Of a stretch of DNA of 64,000 nt, positions 54,735-62,973 are shown one piece after another. A program made the translations under genes and the position numbers. Position 1 is the stretch's first letter, and each line of letters begins with the position of its first letter. Origin of the DNA: a virus (lineage: Duplodnaviria; Caudoviricetes); IMG/VR virus record IMGVR_UViG_3300025597_000009, positions 1 through 64,000 of that record; one strand, written 5' to 3'. The notes beneath the pieces are model-generated. The model ran no database searches. It was not told the DNA's origin and saw only the letters and a list, made by a program, of their open reading frames with translations.

Positions 54735-55906
54735 TGTGACTCATTATAGGCTATGATTTCTGAATTCAATAGCCCATTACCAGCACTAACAAAGGTGCTG
54801 TCAAATCCACGTTCCTTTAGGTTTTTATAGGTAAGAGCAAATTCATTCCCTCTAAACCATCCCTCATACTTAAAAGGATTTCCCACATGTACTTCATACA
54901 CCAGGATTACCTTGTCTGAGTCATATCCAGTATAACCCAATGATTTAGCCATTGTCTCACTGAAATAATTCCCATCACCATACGCTTTACCACTGAACTG
55001 AAAATTCCCTGTTGGTCTGATCTTTAAACCCTGTTCCAGAATTGGAAGTACTGAAGTACATCTTGTACCATGAATGAGTGTTCTGGTCTGTCTGTTCTCT
55101 TGGGAACTCATCCACTGGTTAAATGCTTCATCTTCCCTGGTTTTCTTCACAGAAAATACAGCATGTACTTTTCCAGATCGTCCATGATAGCCTGAACTGA
55201 AATTTTGATCCAGCAAATACTGAATATCAGCATAATCCTCTGTTTCTTCCATTTCAATTCCCAACATATCCAGTAAGGATTGTTGTAACGTGACCTCTGC
55301 TTGGGTTGCTGGCTTTTTGCTAAGCAGTGCAACCTGTGAGGCAATTGCATCCAGATTATCTTGTTCCTGTTCAAAGACTTTGTCTAGGTTAATATTGGGT
55401 AGTAAGTAATCTCCTACTCTGCCCATGTATCTAGGGATCACTGTGTAGATTTCAATCAGCTTTTTGTTAATTGTCAGGGTATCCAGCCGATTTAAAACAC
55501 TCAACTCATTGATTAGCTTTTGAGCAGCTTCTAACTGATGTTGAGTTACCTGAGTAGCTTTAACTGAGTAGGTTTTTCTAACCAAATTATCCCGATAACT
55601 CTGCATGAGCTTTAAAAACTCAGCTACCTTTCTACTAACAGTGTCACCAATAATTGGCTGAGTATCTGTAACAGGATCATCTACTACAGTTGTAGCTACT
55701 AATTCAGTTACATCTTTGTAACCTTTAGCAATCTTTTCCCTTTTCAGGCTATTCCACTTGCTATAAGGATAAGACTTACTAGTGGATGTGCTTTCTACCC
55801 TGCCATAATTGACAGTAAAATTAGCTCCACCAGTATAGACCATCTCGTAGAATTTATTATTGTTACCACTGGTTACCATTAGTAACTTACAATAATCTTG
55901 TTGCAT
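54698..55906 (-). CDS. WGR-domain PARP-family ADP-ribosyltransferase
   Basis: NNKFYEM...YGRV...KIAKGY (WGR), IYTVIPR helical regulatory segment, LIHGT, GKAYGDGNYFS, KSLGY, NSEIIAYN (H-Y-E triad). Confidence 0.88.
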   Translation of the reverse strand: MQQDYCKLLMVTSGNNNKFYEMVYTGGANFTVNYGRVESTSTSKSYPYSKWNSLKREKIAKGYKDVTELVATTVVDDPVTDTQPIIGDTVSRKVAEFLKLMQSYRDNLVRKTYSVKATQVTQHQLEAAQKLINELSVLNRLDTLTINKKLIEIYTVIPRYMGRVGDYLLPNINLDKVFEQEQDNLDAIASQVALLSKKPATQAEVTLQQSLLDMLGIEMEETEDYADIQYLLDQNFSSGYHGRSGKVHAVFSVKKTREDEAFNQWMSSQENRQTRTLIHGTRCTSVLPILEQGLKIRPTGNFQFSGKAYGDGNYFSETMAKSLGYTGYDSDKVILVYEVHVGNPFKYEGWFRGNEFALTYKNLKERGFDSTFVSAGNGLLNSEIIAYNESQCHIKKVIWLKS

Positions 55907-56001
55907 ATAGTAATTGAAGTTTCTTTTAGAAATTAGAAGAAAAAGTACCCAGCCAGCTTAGCCAGCTGGATAACCCGACTCATAACCTAAATACTCTTGT
56001 C

Positions 56002-58230
56002 TTAATCAGCCAGGAGTTGAGTCACTCCAGCTACATCTTTAGCCCAGTCCAGATCATAGACTTCATTGGCCTCAGCTGGCTCACTGATAATAGTAAGCCC
56101 TTGAGCTAAGGCTTTTATTACTAGTAACTTCTGAATACTGAATTTGGCAGATAGCTTATTGAGCATAGCCTTTACATTGTCCATACCACTTTTACCTGCA
56201 TTACCTGTTTGGGGCATTTCTAGCCAGACAATTTGTTCAGCCTGAAGATCCAGGTAACCAAAAATCAACCCTTGACCTAATTCTGATTTAACAGAAATCA
56301 TCTGCTCTACACAGGAAGGATCAAAAGCAACTCCAGATGCAGTTACTTTCATAGGATTTGTAGAAGCCATCCAACCTACTCTCAGATTCATTTCCAGAGC
56401 ACTCTTATTATAAGCTCTGCAATGGAAGATCACACCAGAGGCCCCATTAGCTTGTAGCTTTTCTACATCCAGGTTAATAAATTCAGCTGTACCAATCTTA
56501 TTAGGAATGTGTTGAATATCCCCTGAATGAGTGGCCCCTGTAATGTTAAGGTGACCGAAGTAGCAGATGTCTGTATGATTTGGATAGACCACATCAGCAT
56601 ACAAATCCATATCTAGGTGTTGAGCTGGTAATCCTTCTCCCCAATTCATAAACAGTCTGACTTGTTTAGATTGTAGTGGGAATCGTTGTCCTTGCAAGAA
56701 ATGAGCTAAGTCCTGTACAGTTTCTGATCTGTCTCCAATGCTAAATGGAATGTACTCAAGATCAGGATGAATGTACATGGTTTTGTTTTCATTAGGAGTA
56801 GCAGCAAATCTCTGGAAGATAGCTTCATCTACTAAGGACTCAACTAGTTCCATGTATTGCTTTCTTTCTGTAGCTGACATAACTGCTACCAATGGATGTG
56901 GGTCAATAGTTTTAGTTAATCCAGCTCCTAATGGTTTTACCACTCTAGTTTGACCAGAAAAGTAAACTTTAGCAGCCTGAGTTAATGTAACAATGAGCCT
57001 CATAGGTAGCTTAGTAAGCACTTCTTTAAACGCATCCATAACTAGGGCAGCATCATACTTCAGCAACAAACTAAATAGCATTCTAGAAAATACTCCTGGA
57101 CGTTGTTTTAGTAAGTGCAATCCTAGAGTAAGACTGTGCTCTTTCATGGCCTTGTTGACCAAATGAGCCCAACCTAAACCAGTACCTTGATTTTGGAAGA
57201 TATACAGCAGATCCTTTAGTCGCTCAAAACCAGCTTGCTTGGCAAACTCATTCAATCTAGCTGCTCTGATGAACCTAACCCACATTTCTCTGTGAGGATT
57301 CATAGAGTCTAATACTGGCCTGATGCCATCAAATTCATTCATCCACTCAGCAATCTTCCTGGCTTCTGGTCTAGAATACTTTAGTTTCAGTTGCTCCTTT
57401 TTATTGGCAACCTCACTAGTATTCACAGAACTCCGGTATCTACTGTAGCCTCTTCTACTATCTCTTGCTGTTTTGTTGAGAATAGTCTTAGGCTTAACAA
57501 TCTGAAGATTACCCGTATGTTTATACCACAGATATCTTAACACATCAGAAGGCAGCTTAAAAAGCTTACTAGCTTCTTTACGTTTACCCAAGGCTACCAA
57601 TTGATCCACCAGGAACATTTTGGTTTCAATCATGCCTACTTCTACCTCTGGTACTGGGTAGATTTCTAGCAAGGTTAACACAGCTTCTTTCTGTGTACCA
57701 TCTAAAGGAGTCTTAGACTTCAACAGATTATCAAAGTAGTTCAGTAACTCCCGGTCTCCCCATAGCTTGAGTATTTTCAGCTTAGAACCCTGGCCTACTG
57801 GAATCTCCATATCAGCCTCAAAAGGAGTACCACAAAAAGGGCAACCATTGTACTTTTCCAGCTCAAACACATTGGCCGGGATAGTGTGTCCACAAACTAA
57901 AGTAGTTCCTGATCCACCAACTAACTGGTTAAACCAGGTAAGCACATGAGCAAACTCACTGTCTTTAGGTGGCACATCCCACTGTTTGATCAGAGGAGTC
58001 CAATTTAATTTGCTGCCTGTAACAGTCCTTACAAAATCCACATACAAATCCTGAAATTCTTCTGTGGTTGTTTTCCAGATAGACAGGGCTTTTGAGTCCA
58101 ATGTATAGCCTAGTTCCTTCAATTTAGCTAGGTTTACAAAGGTGGAGACCCAGTTCTGAACACTGGTAATCTCTTGGGCAGGCACATAGATAGCACCTTG
58201 CCGAATGGCAATTTTGTTGTGTTTTTCCAT
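56002..58230 (-). CDS. Large protein with prokaryotic RING-like Zn finger, helical core and C-terminal TerD-like domain
   Basis: CGH...YNGCPFCG, DVLRY, RPGVFSRML, VRLFMNW, DMDL, HSGDI, TAEFINLD. Confidence 0.75.
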   Translation of the reverse strand: MEKHNKIAIRQGAIYVPAQEITSVQNWVSTFVNLAKLKELGYTLDSKALSIWKTTTEEFQDLYVDFVRTVTGSKLNWTPLIKQWDVPPKDSEFAHVLTWFNQLVGGSGTTLVCGHTIPANVFELEKYNGCPFCGTPFEADMEIPVGQGSKLKILKLWGDRELLNYFDNLLKSKTPLDGTQKEAVLTLLEIYPVPEVEVGMIETKMFLVDQLVALGKRKEASKLFKLPSDVLRYLWYKHTGNLQIVKPKTILNKTARDSRRGYSRYRSSVNTSEVANKKEQLKLKYSRPEARKIAEWMNEFDGIRPVLDSMNPHREMWVRFIRAARLNEFAKQAGFERLKDLLYIFQNQGTGLGWAHLVNKAMKEHSLTLGLHLLKQRPGVFSRMLFSLLLKYDAALVMDAFKEVLTKLPMRLIVTLTQAAKVYFSGQTRVVKPLGAGLTKTIDPHPLVAVMSATERKQYMELVESLVDEAIFQRFAATPNENKTMYIHPDLEYIPFSIGDRSETVQDLAHFLQGQRFPLQSKQVRLFMNWGEGLPAQHLDMDLYADVVYPNHTDICYFGHLNITGATHSGDIQHIPNKIGTAEFINLDVEKLQANGASGVIFHCRAYNKSALEMNLRVGWMASTNPMKVTASGVAFDPSCVEQMISVKSELGQGLIFGYLDLQAEQIVWLEMPQTGNAGKSGMDNVKAMLNKLSAKFSIQKLLVIKALAQGLTIISEPAEANEVYDLDWAKDVAGVTQLLAD

Positions 58231-58237
58231 AAAAGAG

Positions 58238-58295
58238 AAGGTAATTACAGAGCTATAGGAGCTTTTTTAGTGAGAAGTAAGCTCTGTTTGACCTT
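58238..58295 (-). promoter_or_regulatory. Y-RNA-like structured 5' leader of the RING-TerD gene
   Basis: AAGGT-C-AA-ACAGAGCT-TACTTCT...AGCTCTGT-AA-TT-ACCTT; ends 7 nt before the ATG. Confidence 0.75.
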
Positions 58296-58923
58296 ATTTA
58301 TTTTTGATGATTTTAATGGCTTTAATTACCAACTGGATGGTTTCTTTTCTGGCTTCCAAATAACCAGTTCTTATGAATGGTGTAATGAGTGTGTGTTTGG
58401 GGCTACAATACTGTTCTAACTCAACACTTTCAGGGGCATGTACATGGCCCACTAAAGTACCAACAGTAAAAGAACTACAGATATAGACACTCAAGCTAAA
58501 TTCATGCAAAGCCCACATTACAATCTGATCAAATGTAGGAGCTCTAAACATAACGTTAGAGTCTATACGTGGATTGAATGGAGGTAAGAGGTCTTCATTA
58601 CCTAAGTAAATTTCTTTATCCTTCCCAGTATAATAACCCAAAGTAGGCCAGTCAAAACCTAATTTTTTAAACTCCAGTGATTCTTCATAAGAAAGAAAGG
58701 TCTCTCCCAAAGTTGGAATTGGCTCAAAGGTTTCATTAGCTTCTAAATAAGCCATGATTGTTTCATCACTTGGGCTTTCAGGCAGTTCTTTATGATAAAT
58801 CAAGCTATCAATTAGGTTTGCACCATGTTTGACTTTGCTTTCCTTTACTTCTGCAATAATCTGCTCTTGACTTCCATAGTATTTCCTTACCATGTCCAGC
58901 ATTTTGAATTGTCTGATCTTCAT
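58294..58923 (-). CDS. Hypothetical protein
   Basis: FLSYEESLEFKKLGFD...APTFDQIVMW, a Bacteroidota phage motif. Confidence 0.65.
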   Translation of the reverse strand: MKIRQFKMLDMVRKYYGSQEQIIAEVKESKVKHGANLIDSLIYHKELPESPSDETIMAYLEANETFEPIPTLGETFLSYEESLEFKKLGFDWPTLGYYTGKDKEIYLGNEDLLPPFNPRIDSNVMFRAPTFDQIVMWALHEFSLSVYICSSFTVGTLVGHVHAPESVELEQYCSPKHTLITPFIRTGYLEARKETIQLVIKAIKIIKNK

Positions 58924-58929
58924 ATGGAT

Positions 58930-59292
58930 TTAAGCAAATTCTGTTTGACCTTTGTTTAAGAATTTTGAAACTATTTCTGTGTATAAATCAGGCTTTTTTT
59001 GTCCAGTAAATCTACCCCATTGTGTTTGACAATGTGGACATTCCCAAACCAATACTCCATCATAAAAACCTTCATATTCAATTCCAATTAAATCAGAAAA
59101 ATAAGTAGGGTTTTCTGGAGTATAGCCATACATTCCAGCTACTTCAATAATTTGCTCATCAGTCTTATCTTTATAGTGAGCATGATTAGGATTAGTTGGG
59201 TCTTCTTTAACTTCTCTAAAGAATTGTAAAACATCTTTTCTATTAAAGCTGCCTCCACATTCAGGACAATTATCTAGGTTTAAAATGTTCAT
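58930..59292 (-). CDS. Zn-ribbon protein
   Basis: CPEC...IGIE..YDGVLVWECPHC..WGRFTG. Confidence 0.65.
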   Translation of the reverse strand: MNILNLDNCPECGGSFNRKDVLQFFREVKEDPTNPNHAHYKDKTDEQIIEVAGMYGYTPENPTYFSDLIGIEYEGFYDGVLVWECPHCQTQWGRFTGQKKPDLYTEIVSKFLNKGQTEFA

Positions 59293-59651
59293 TATGCAGG
59301 TACATCAGGTGAGAAAATACGGTTTTCAGGCTTACTCCAATCAATCCACTCCATGTCACAATATGGACGATTAGAACCATTAAGTTGTACAGGAATGTAC
59401 ATTCCCCAACTGGGTGTAGGTTGTAAGCAAAGTGCATCATTGGCCAGCATGCCTACAATCAAATCATGACAGGTGTCATCTTCATACTTCTGTTTACCAG
59501 CTTCTGTAAAACAAACCCAGATGCCTTCATTAGGCCCAACAGGTACCAGTAACTGAACTTTACCCAGGTGTCGCTGGTCATAACTAAAAGGGCTGAATGT
59601 TAAACTCCGGCCATCTTTTAGGGTTAGTGTAGCTGTTTCTTGAATGGTCAT
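59292..59651 (-). CDS. Hypothetical protein
   Basis: EGIWV...LANDAL...RP. Confidence 0.6.
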   Translation of the reverse strand: MTIQETATLTLKDGRSLTFSPFSYDQRHLGKVQLLVPVGPNEGIWVCFTEAGKQKYEDDTCHDLIVGMLANDALCLQPTPSWGMYIPVQLNGSNRPYCDMEWIDWSKPENRIFSPDVPA

Positions 59652-59836
59652 TTTAGTTCTTGTTTATGTAAAAACTCAAGAATTTCCTGGTCAGTTGGAT
59701 TCGGTTTTAATAGGCCACTTTTAATGCACAAAAACATAAGTGGGCTATTATGGTATTTGTCTTGTTTGAACTGGGCAACTAGATCTCCTTCTAAATACTC
59801 TCTGATTGAGAATAAGATTTTGAATCTTCTAGTCAT
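59648..59836 (-). CDS. Small protein similar to the N-terminus of 58294..58923
   Basis: RRFKIL...NPTDQEILEFL versus RQFKML...SPSDETIMAYL. Confidence 0.5.
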   Translation of the reverse strand: MTRRFKILFSIREYLEGDLVAQFKQDKYHNSPLMFLCIKSGLLKPNPTDQEILEFLHKQELK

Positions 59837-59853
59837 ACAATAATCAATTGGTT

Positions 59854-60281
59854 ATTAGCACCCTCTTCTCACTATCCTTTTCTGTCAAGCAGTAAGTGTA
59901 GGGTCACGTAGTTATTATATCTCGTTGTAGTAAGGACTGGGAATCCTCTGAGGTGATCGTTCCTCCATAATTAACTACTTGCTGAGAACTCATTAATGTG
60001 GAGTTGGAGTGATTCAGGAGTGTATAGCATTACCTTGTCACCAACTTTGCAAATTTCCCTTTACAGGTACTTTCCTGACATTCTATGCTCTTTCTCAAGG
60101 AGCCCACATTTCTAGGATTTCTCTTTCTGATAGCTACGGGTTTAAATTCTCTAATGTCTTAATATGAAGAGACCTAAGCATTATTAAGTAGACTGCTACT
60201 ACTCAGAAACTCATTAACTAGAGCTAGTATCTTTATTGAAATTAGATTAGTATAATTTCAACCAGGATCAATGTTTAGCCT
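59854..60281 (-). ncRNA. Large structured ncRNA, unit B (428 nt), family unrecognised
   Basis: Shares five ordered sequence blocks and covarying stems with unit A; no ORF of 60 aa or more. Confidence 0.72.
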
Positions 60282-60571
60282 ATTAGCACCCCTTAGTCAC
60301 TGTTACCTTCCATAGAGGAGGTGGTTTACCAGTCGGGTCAAGCTGAGAACTCATTTGTGTTGTATAACGAATGTCTAAACGATACTCATGTTATATTTAC
60401 ATCATTCCTTTCTCAAGGGAACAACACATCCATCATTACTGAAGCTAATCCTCCTTCTCTTCTATTGGCGAAGATTTGTTGGGTTGTCTTTAGCTAGTTT
60501 GTCAATTCAAACTTGGTATCTTTTATCAAGGCTAGATTAGTATAGCCTGACCAGGAATCAATGTTTAGCCT
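60282..60571 (-). ncRNA. Large structured ncRNA, unit A (290 nt), family unrecognised
   Basis: AGGCTAAACATTGAT..., TACTAATC loop, CTTGAGAAA loop, AATGAGTTCTCAGC, GGGTGCTAAT end. Confidence 0.72.
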
Positions 60572-60577
60572 GTTATT

Positions 60578-60714
60578 TTCCATGCTATCTGGACTCGAAC
60601 CAGAATCAATCAGAGGACTTACACCTCAACTTCAGTCCTGTTTAGGTGCTGCTTGGATTTACCCAAGCCCCGTATCTCTACAGGGGGATCTGCCATTCTC
60701 CCATGGACATGGAA
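60578..60714 (-). ncRNA. tRNA-like RNA (~137 nt) with a multi-hairpin insert
   Basis: Terminal stem TTCCATGT/GCATGGAA, D-like GGGAGAATGGCAGATCCC, T-arm TCTGG-TTCGAGT-CCAGA, three internal hairpins. Confidence 0.65.
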
Positions 60715-60720
60715 AAACTC

Positions 60721-61413
60721 TTAATTGACTTTAAATGAAATGTAGTAATGATTATTGTTAACAATTTCAACTCCTGGCACATTATAAATAGACGTTAAGT
60801 TATCTACACCAGCTTGAAATACATCATGCAATTCCTTGTAAGGTTCCGCATCATAATCTACCATTGTTGTGTAATATTTACTAAACTTTTCATGTCCCCA
60901 GGACTCATTCAAGAGAAATCTGCATAATTGATTCTCAGGCTTTATAAAAGCCTGCTCTAAGAAGTAAGTACAAGTTGGGCCAAGAGTGTAAGGCAATGAA
61001 TACTCAGGCTTAAACCGAAGATCAAAATTAATAACTGCCTTAGCTGTCACAATAGCTGGTTTTACACAATCCACTAAAGTAACCTGAGCACAATCAGAAA
61101 AATACTGTACATTATTTACTTTACTAGTTGCAGGATAAGCCTGTTCTAATTCTGCTAAAGCAGCCTCAAAAGCCTCAACAGAAGTACTATAATAAGTTTC
61201 TCCTGTTAAACAGAAAAAGGCTTTTACACTGCTTAAAGGCCCAACAAAGCCTTGTAAAGGCTGTTTGTATAACTGCTTATCTTTGTTAACAAATGAAGCA
61301 GCTAACCGATAGCCACCACCCATAAGCTTTTCAGTTGGTAACCAGATGACTGGTCTAAACTTGTTTTGTTCAGGGCTAAAATTTACTGTTATATTTCCAA
61401 GTAAACTATCCAT
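60721..61413 (-). CDS. Hypothetical protein
   Basis: 230 aa ORF. Confidence 0.6.
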   Translation of the reverse strand: MDSLLGNITVNFSPEQNKFRPVIWLPTEKLMGGGYRLAASFVNKDKQLYKQPLQGFVGPLSSVKAFFCLTGETYYSTSVEAFEAALAELEQAYPATSKVNNVQYFSDCAQVTLVDCVKPAIVTAKAVINFDLRFKPEYSLPYTLGPTCTYFLEQAFIKPENQLCRFLLNESWGHEKFSKYYTTMVDYDAEPYKELHDVFQAGVDNLTSIYNVPGVEIVNNNHYYISFKVN

Positions 61414-61416
61414 GGC

Positions 61417-61869
61417 TTATGCTTCAAAAATAGATAAATACAGTTTTTCAATCTTCTTGTAAATCCACTCATACACATCCCATAACAGCTCACCAAACAT
61501 CCAGTTGAAGGCTGAAAAGGGCTAGAAAAACCACCATCTAAATACATGATCTTTTAGTATAAAATACTTCTTTTCATCTGGCTTTTTCTTTAATTCTTGG
61601 CCTTTGAAGTATGTCCTAACTAAAGAGAAAATGAAGCCTATACTTAAATAATACAGGATATTTTCCACTGTCAAATAACTGAAAATCGGAAAATTACTCC
61701 AGTAATAACAGCAAATCACAAAAGCAATCAGAATACCAAATGCAGTAGCTAAACTGTTGTGCTTATCAGCTACTGCCAATAGCAATACTATAGCTACCAC
61801 TAAGCCAAAAAAGGCAAAAGCACTACCAAACAGGCTAAAAGCCATCCAGGTTTGAAACCAAGTCTCCAT
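61417..61869 (-). pseudogene. Membrane protein interrupted by an in-frame TAG at 61522-61524
   Basis: Frame continues RWWFF*PFSAFNWMFGELLWDVYEWIYKKIEKLYLSIFEA to TAA at 61417, 3 nt before the next ATG. Confidence 0.6.
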
Positions 61870-62282
61870 TAATTGAAAAGGTTTATTAAAAGTTGCAGAA
61901 AATCAATGTGTAAATGATACCTGTTCAGTACAATTAGTAATAGAAGTACTACAGATATATATCCATCAATACTAACAGCAAATCCTTCTTTTTTAATTTT
62001 AAAGATATTCCAAAACAAAATTGACCAGCAGAAAAACACAACAAATAAAAACCATTGACTAGTAAAGAAGCCAATAAACATCCAACACCAATATAAAAAT
62101 ATTAGTCCGGCTATATTTTTATTGGCATTTTGAGCCTTTGTTTTAAGTCGTTCGAGCATAGCTACATGTTTTGCTGGCTCTATTACTGCATGAAACTCAA
62201 ATACTAGAGCTAGACTAGTCCAACCATAAAATAAAAAACTAAGCATGCATGTAAAGGTTAATGACTCCCCAGATAAATTCAC
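61869..62282 (-). CDS. Multi-TM membrane protein
   Basis: Four hydrophobic segments. Confidence 0.6.
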   Translation of the reverse strand: MNLSGESLTFTCMLSFLFYGWTSLALVFEFHAVIEPAKHVAMLERLKTKAQNANKNIAGLIFLYWCWMFIGFFTSQWFLFVVFFCWSILFWNIFKIKKEGFAVSIDGYISVVLLLLIVLNRYHLHIDFLQLLINLFN

Positions 62283-62727
62283 TAAAGGCTGTATTCAAAT
62301 GCCAATTAAAAAATATAGCATTAACAGAAATAATACCTTGAAGTAGTATAATACCAAGTGTATTAAATCCTTGCCAATCATTGGTTAACCACCTGCTATT
62401 AAATTGTCTGGCAGTAATAATATTCGAGATGATGAGTACACCTATATTGCTGTGAAACACAACAAGCAACCCTACTAAATTGAAGTAACGATAGATAGTA
62501 TCTATACTAGGCAATATCCAAGCTAACCCAAATTCAGTATCATCTAGCAGATTAACAATTCTTTCTGGTAGTAATTTATGTCTTATCAAATACGATAAAT
62601 CATAATAAACCATCACACTGTAAGAAGGGTTAATCAGTAAATAGTAGTACCAAATGACAAATAGTAGGCCTACACTACCATAAATAATCTGAAGAGCCCT
62701 CCAGAATAGCATAAAGGATTCAAACAT
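62239..62727 (-). CDS. Multi-TM membrane protein
   Basis: Several hydrophobic segments. Confidence 0.55.
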   Translation of the reverse strand: MFESFMLFWRALQIIYGSVGLLFVIWYYYLLINPSYSVMVYYDLSYLIRHKLLPERIVNLLDDTEFGLAWILPSIDTIYRYFNLVGLLVVFHSNIGVLIISNIITARQFNSRWLTNDWQGFNTLGIILLQGIISVNAIFFNWHLNTAFSEFIWGVINLYMHA

Positions 62728-62766
62728 AATAATGCATGGTTTTTAAGTGAACAATAGAAAAAAAAT

Positions 62767-62892
62767 GGCCAGGTAATCGTGATTGTATTTCAGTCTTTTG
62801 CTCTACCAACTGAGCTATACCAGCGTTAGCTGATACCAGGAATTGAACCTGGGACCCAAAGTTTTTAGAAGTAACATTCACTTGACCTGACC
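62767..62892 (-). ncRNA. Y-RNA-like (YrlA-like) RNA with a circularly permuted tRNA module
   Basis: Bulged-C terminal helix GGTCAGGT-C-AA/TT-ACCTGGCC enclosing T-arm CCAGG-TTCAATT-CCTGG, a closed acceptor-like hairpin, then D-arm GCTCAGTTGGTAGAGC. Confidence 0.8.
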
Positions 62893-62899
62893 AATAAGG

Positions 62900-62971
62900 A
62901 AGTCTGGTAATCAATAATGTAATTACCTGTTTCAAAAAGTTTTTAGAAGTAACATTATTTTGACCAGACTC
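62900..62971 (-). ncRNA. Y-RNA-like RNA, minimal
   Basis: GAGTCTGGT-C-AA-AATAATGT-TACTTCTAAAAAC...ACATTATT-GA-TT-ACCAGACTT. Confidence 0.75.
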
Positions 62972-62973
62972 AG

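Noticed and set aside
58174-58419. Short antisense and nested ORFs (this one and e.g. 3834..4106, 4422..4712, 16207..16419, 34381..34632, 51079..51501)
   Set aside because: They lie opposite or inside well-supported genes and have no recognisable motifs; treated as shadow ORFs.
59854-60571. Large ncRNA pair as RNase P, tmRNA, group I/II intron, CRISPR array or DGR template
   Set aside because: CAGGAAAGTACC in unit B only loosely resembles RNase P GAGGAAAGUCC and is absent from unit A. There are no tRNA-like ends or tag ORF, no intron core motifs, no short regular repeat-spacer period, and no reverse transcriptase in the window.
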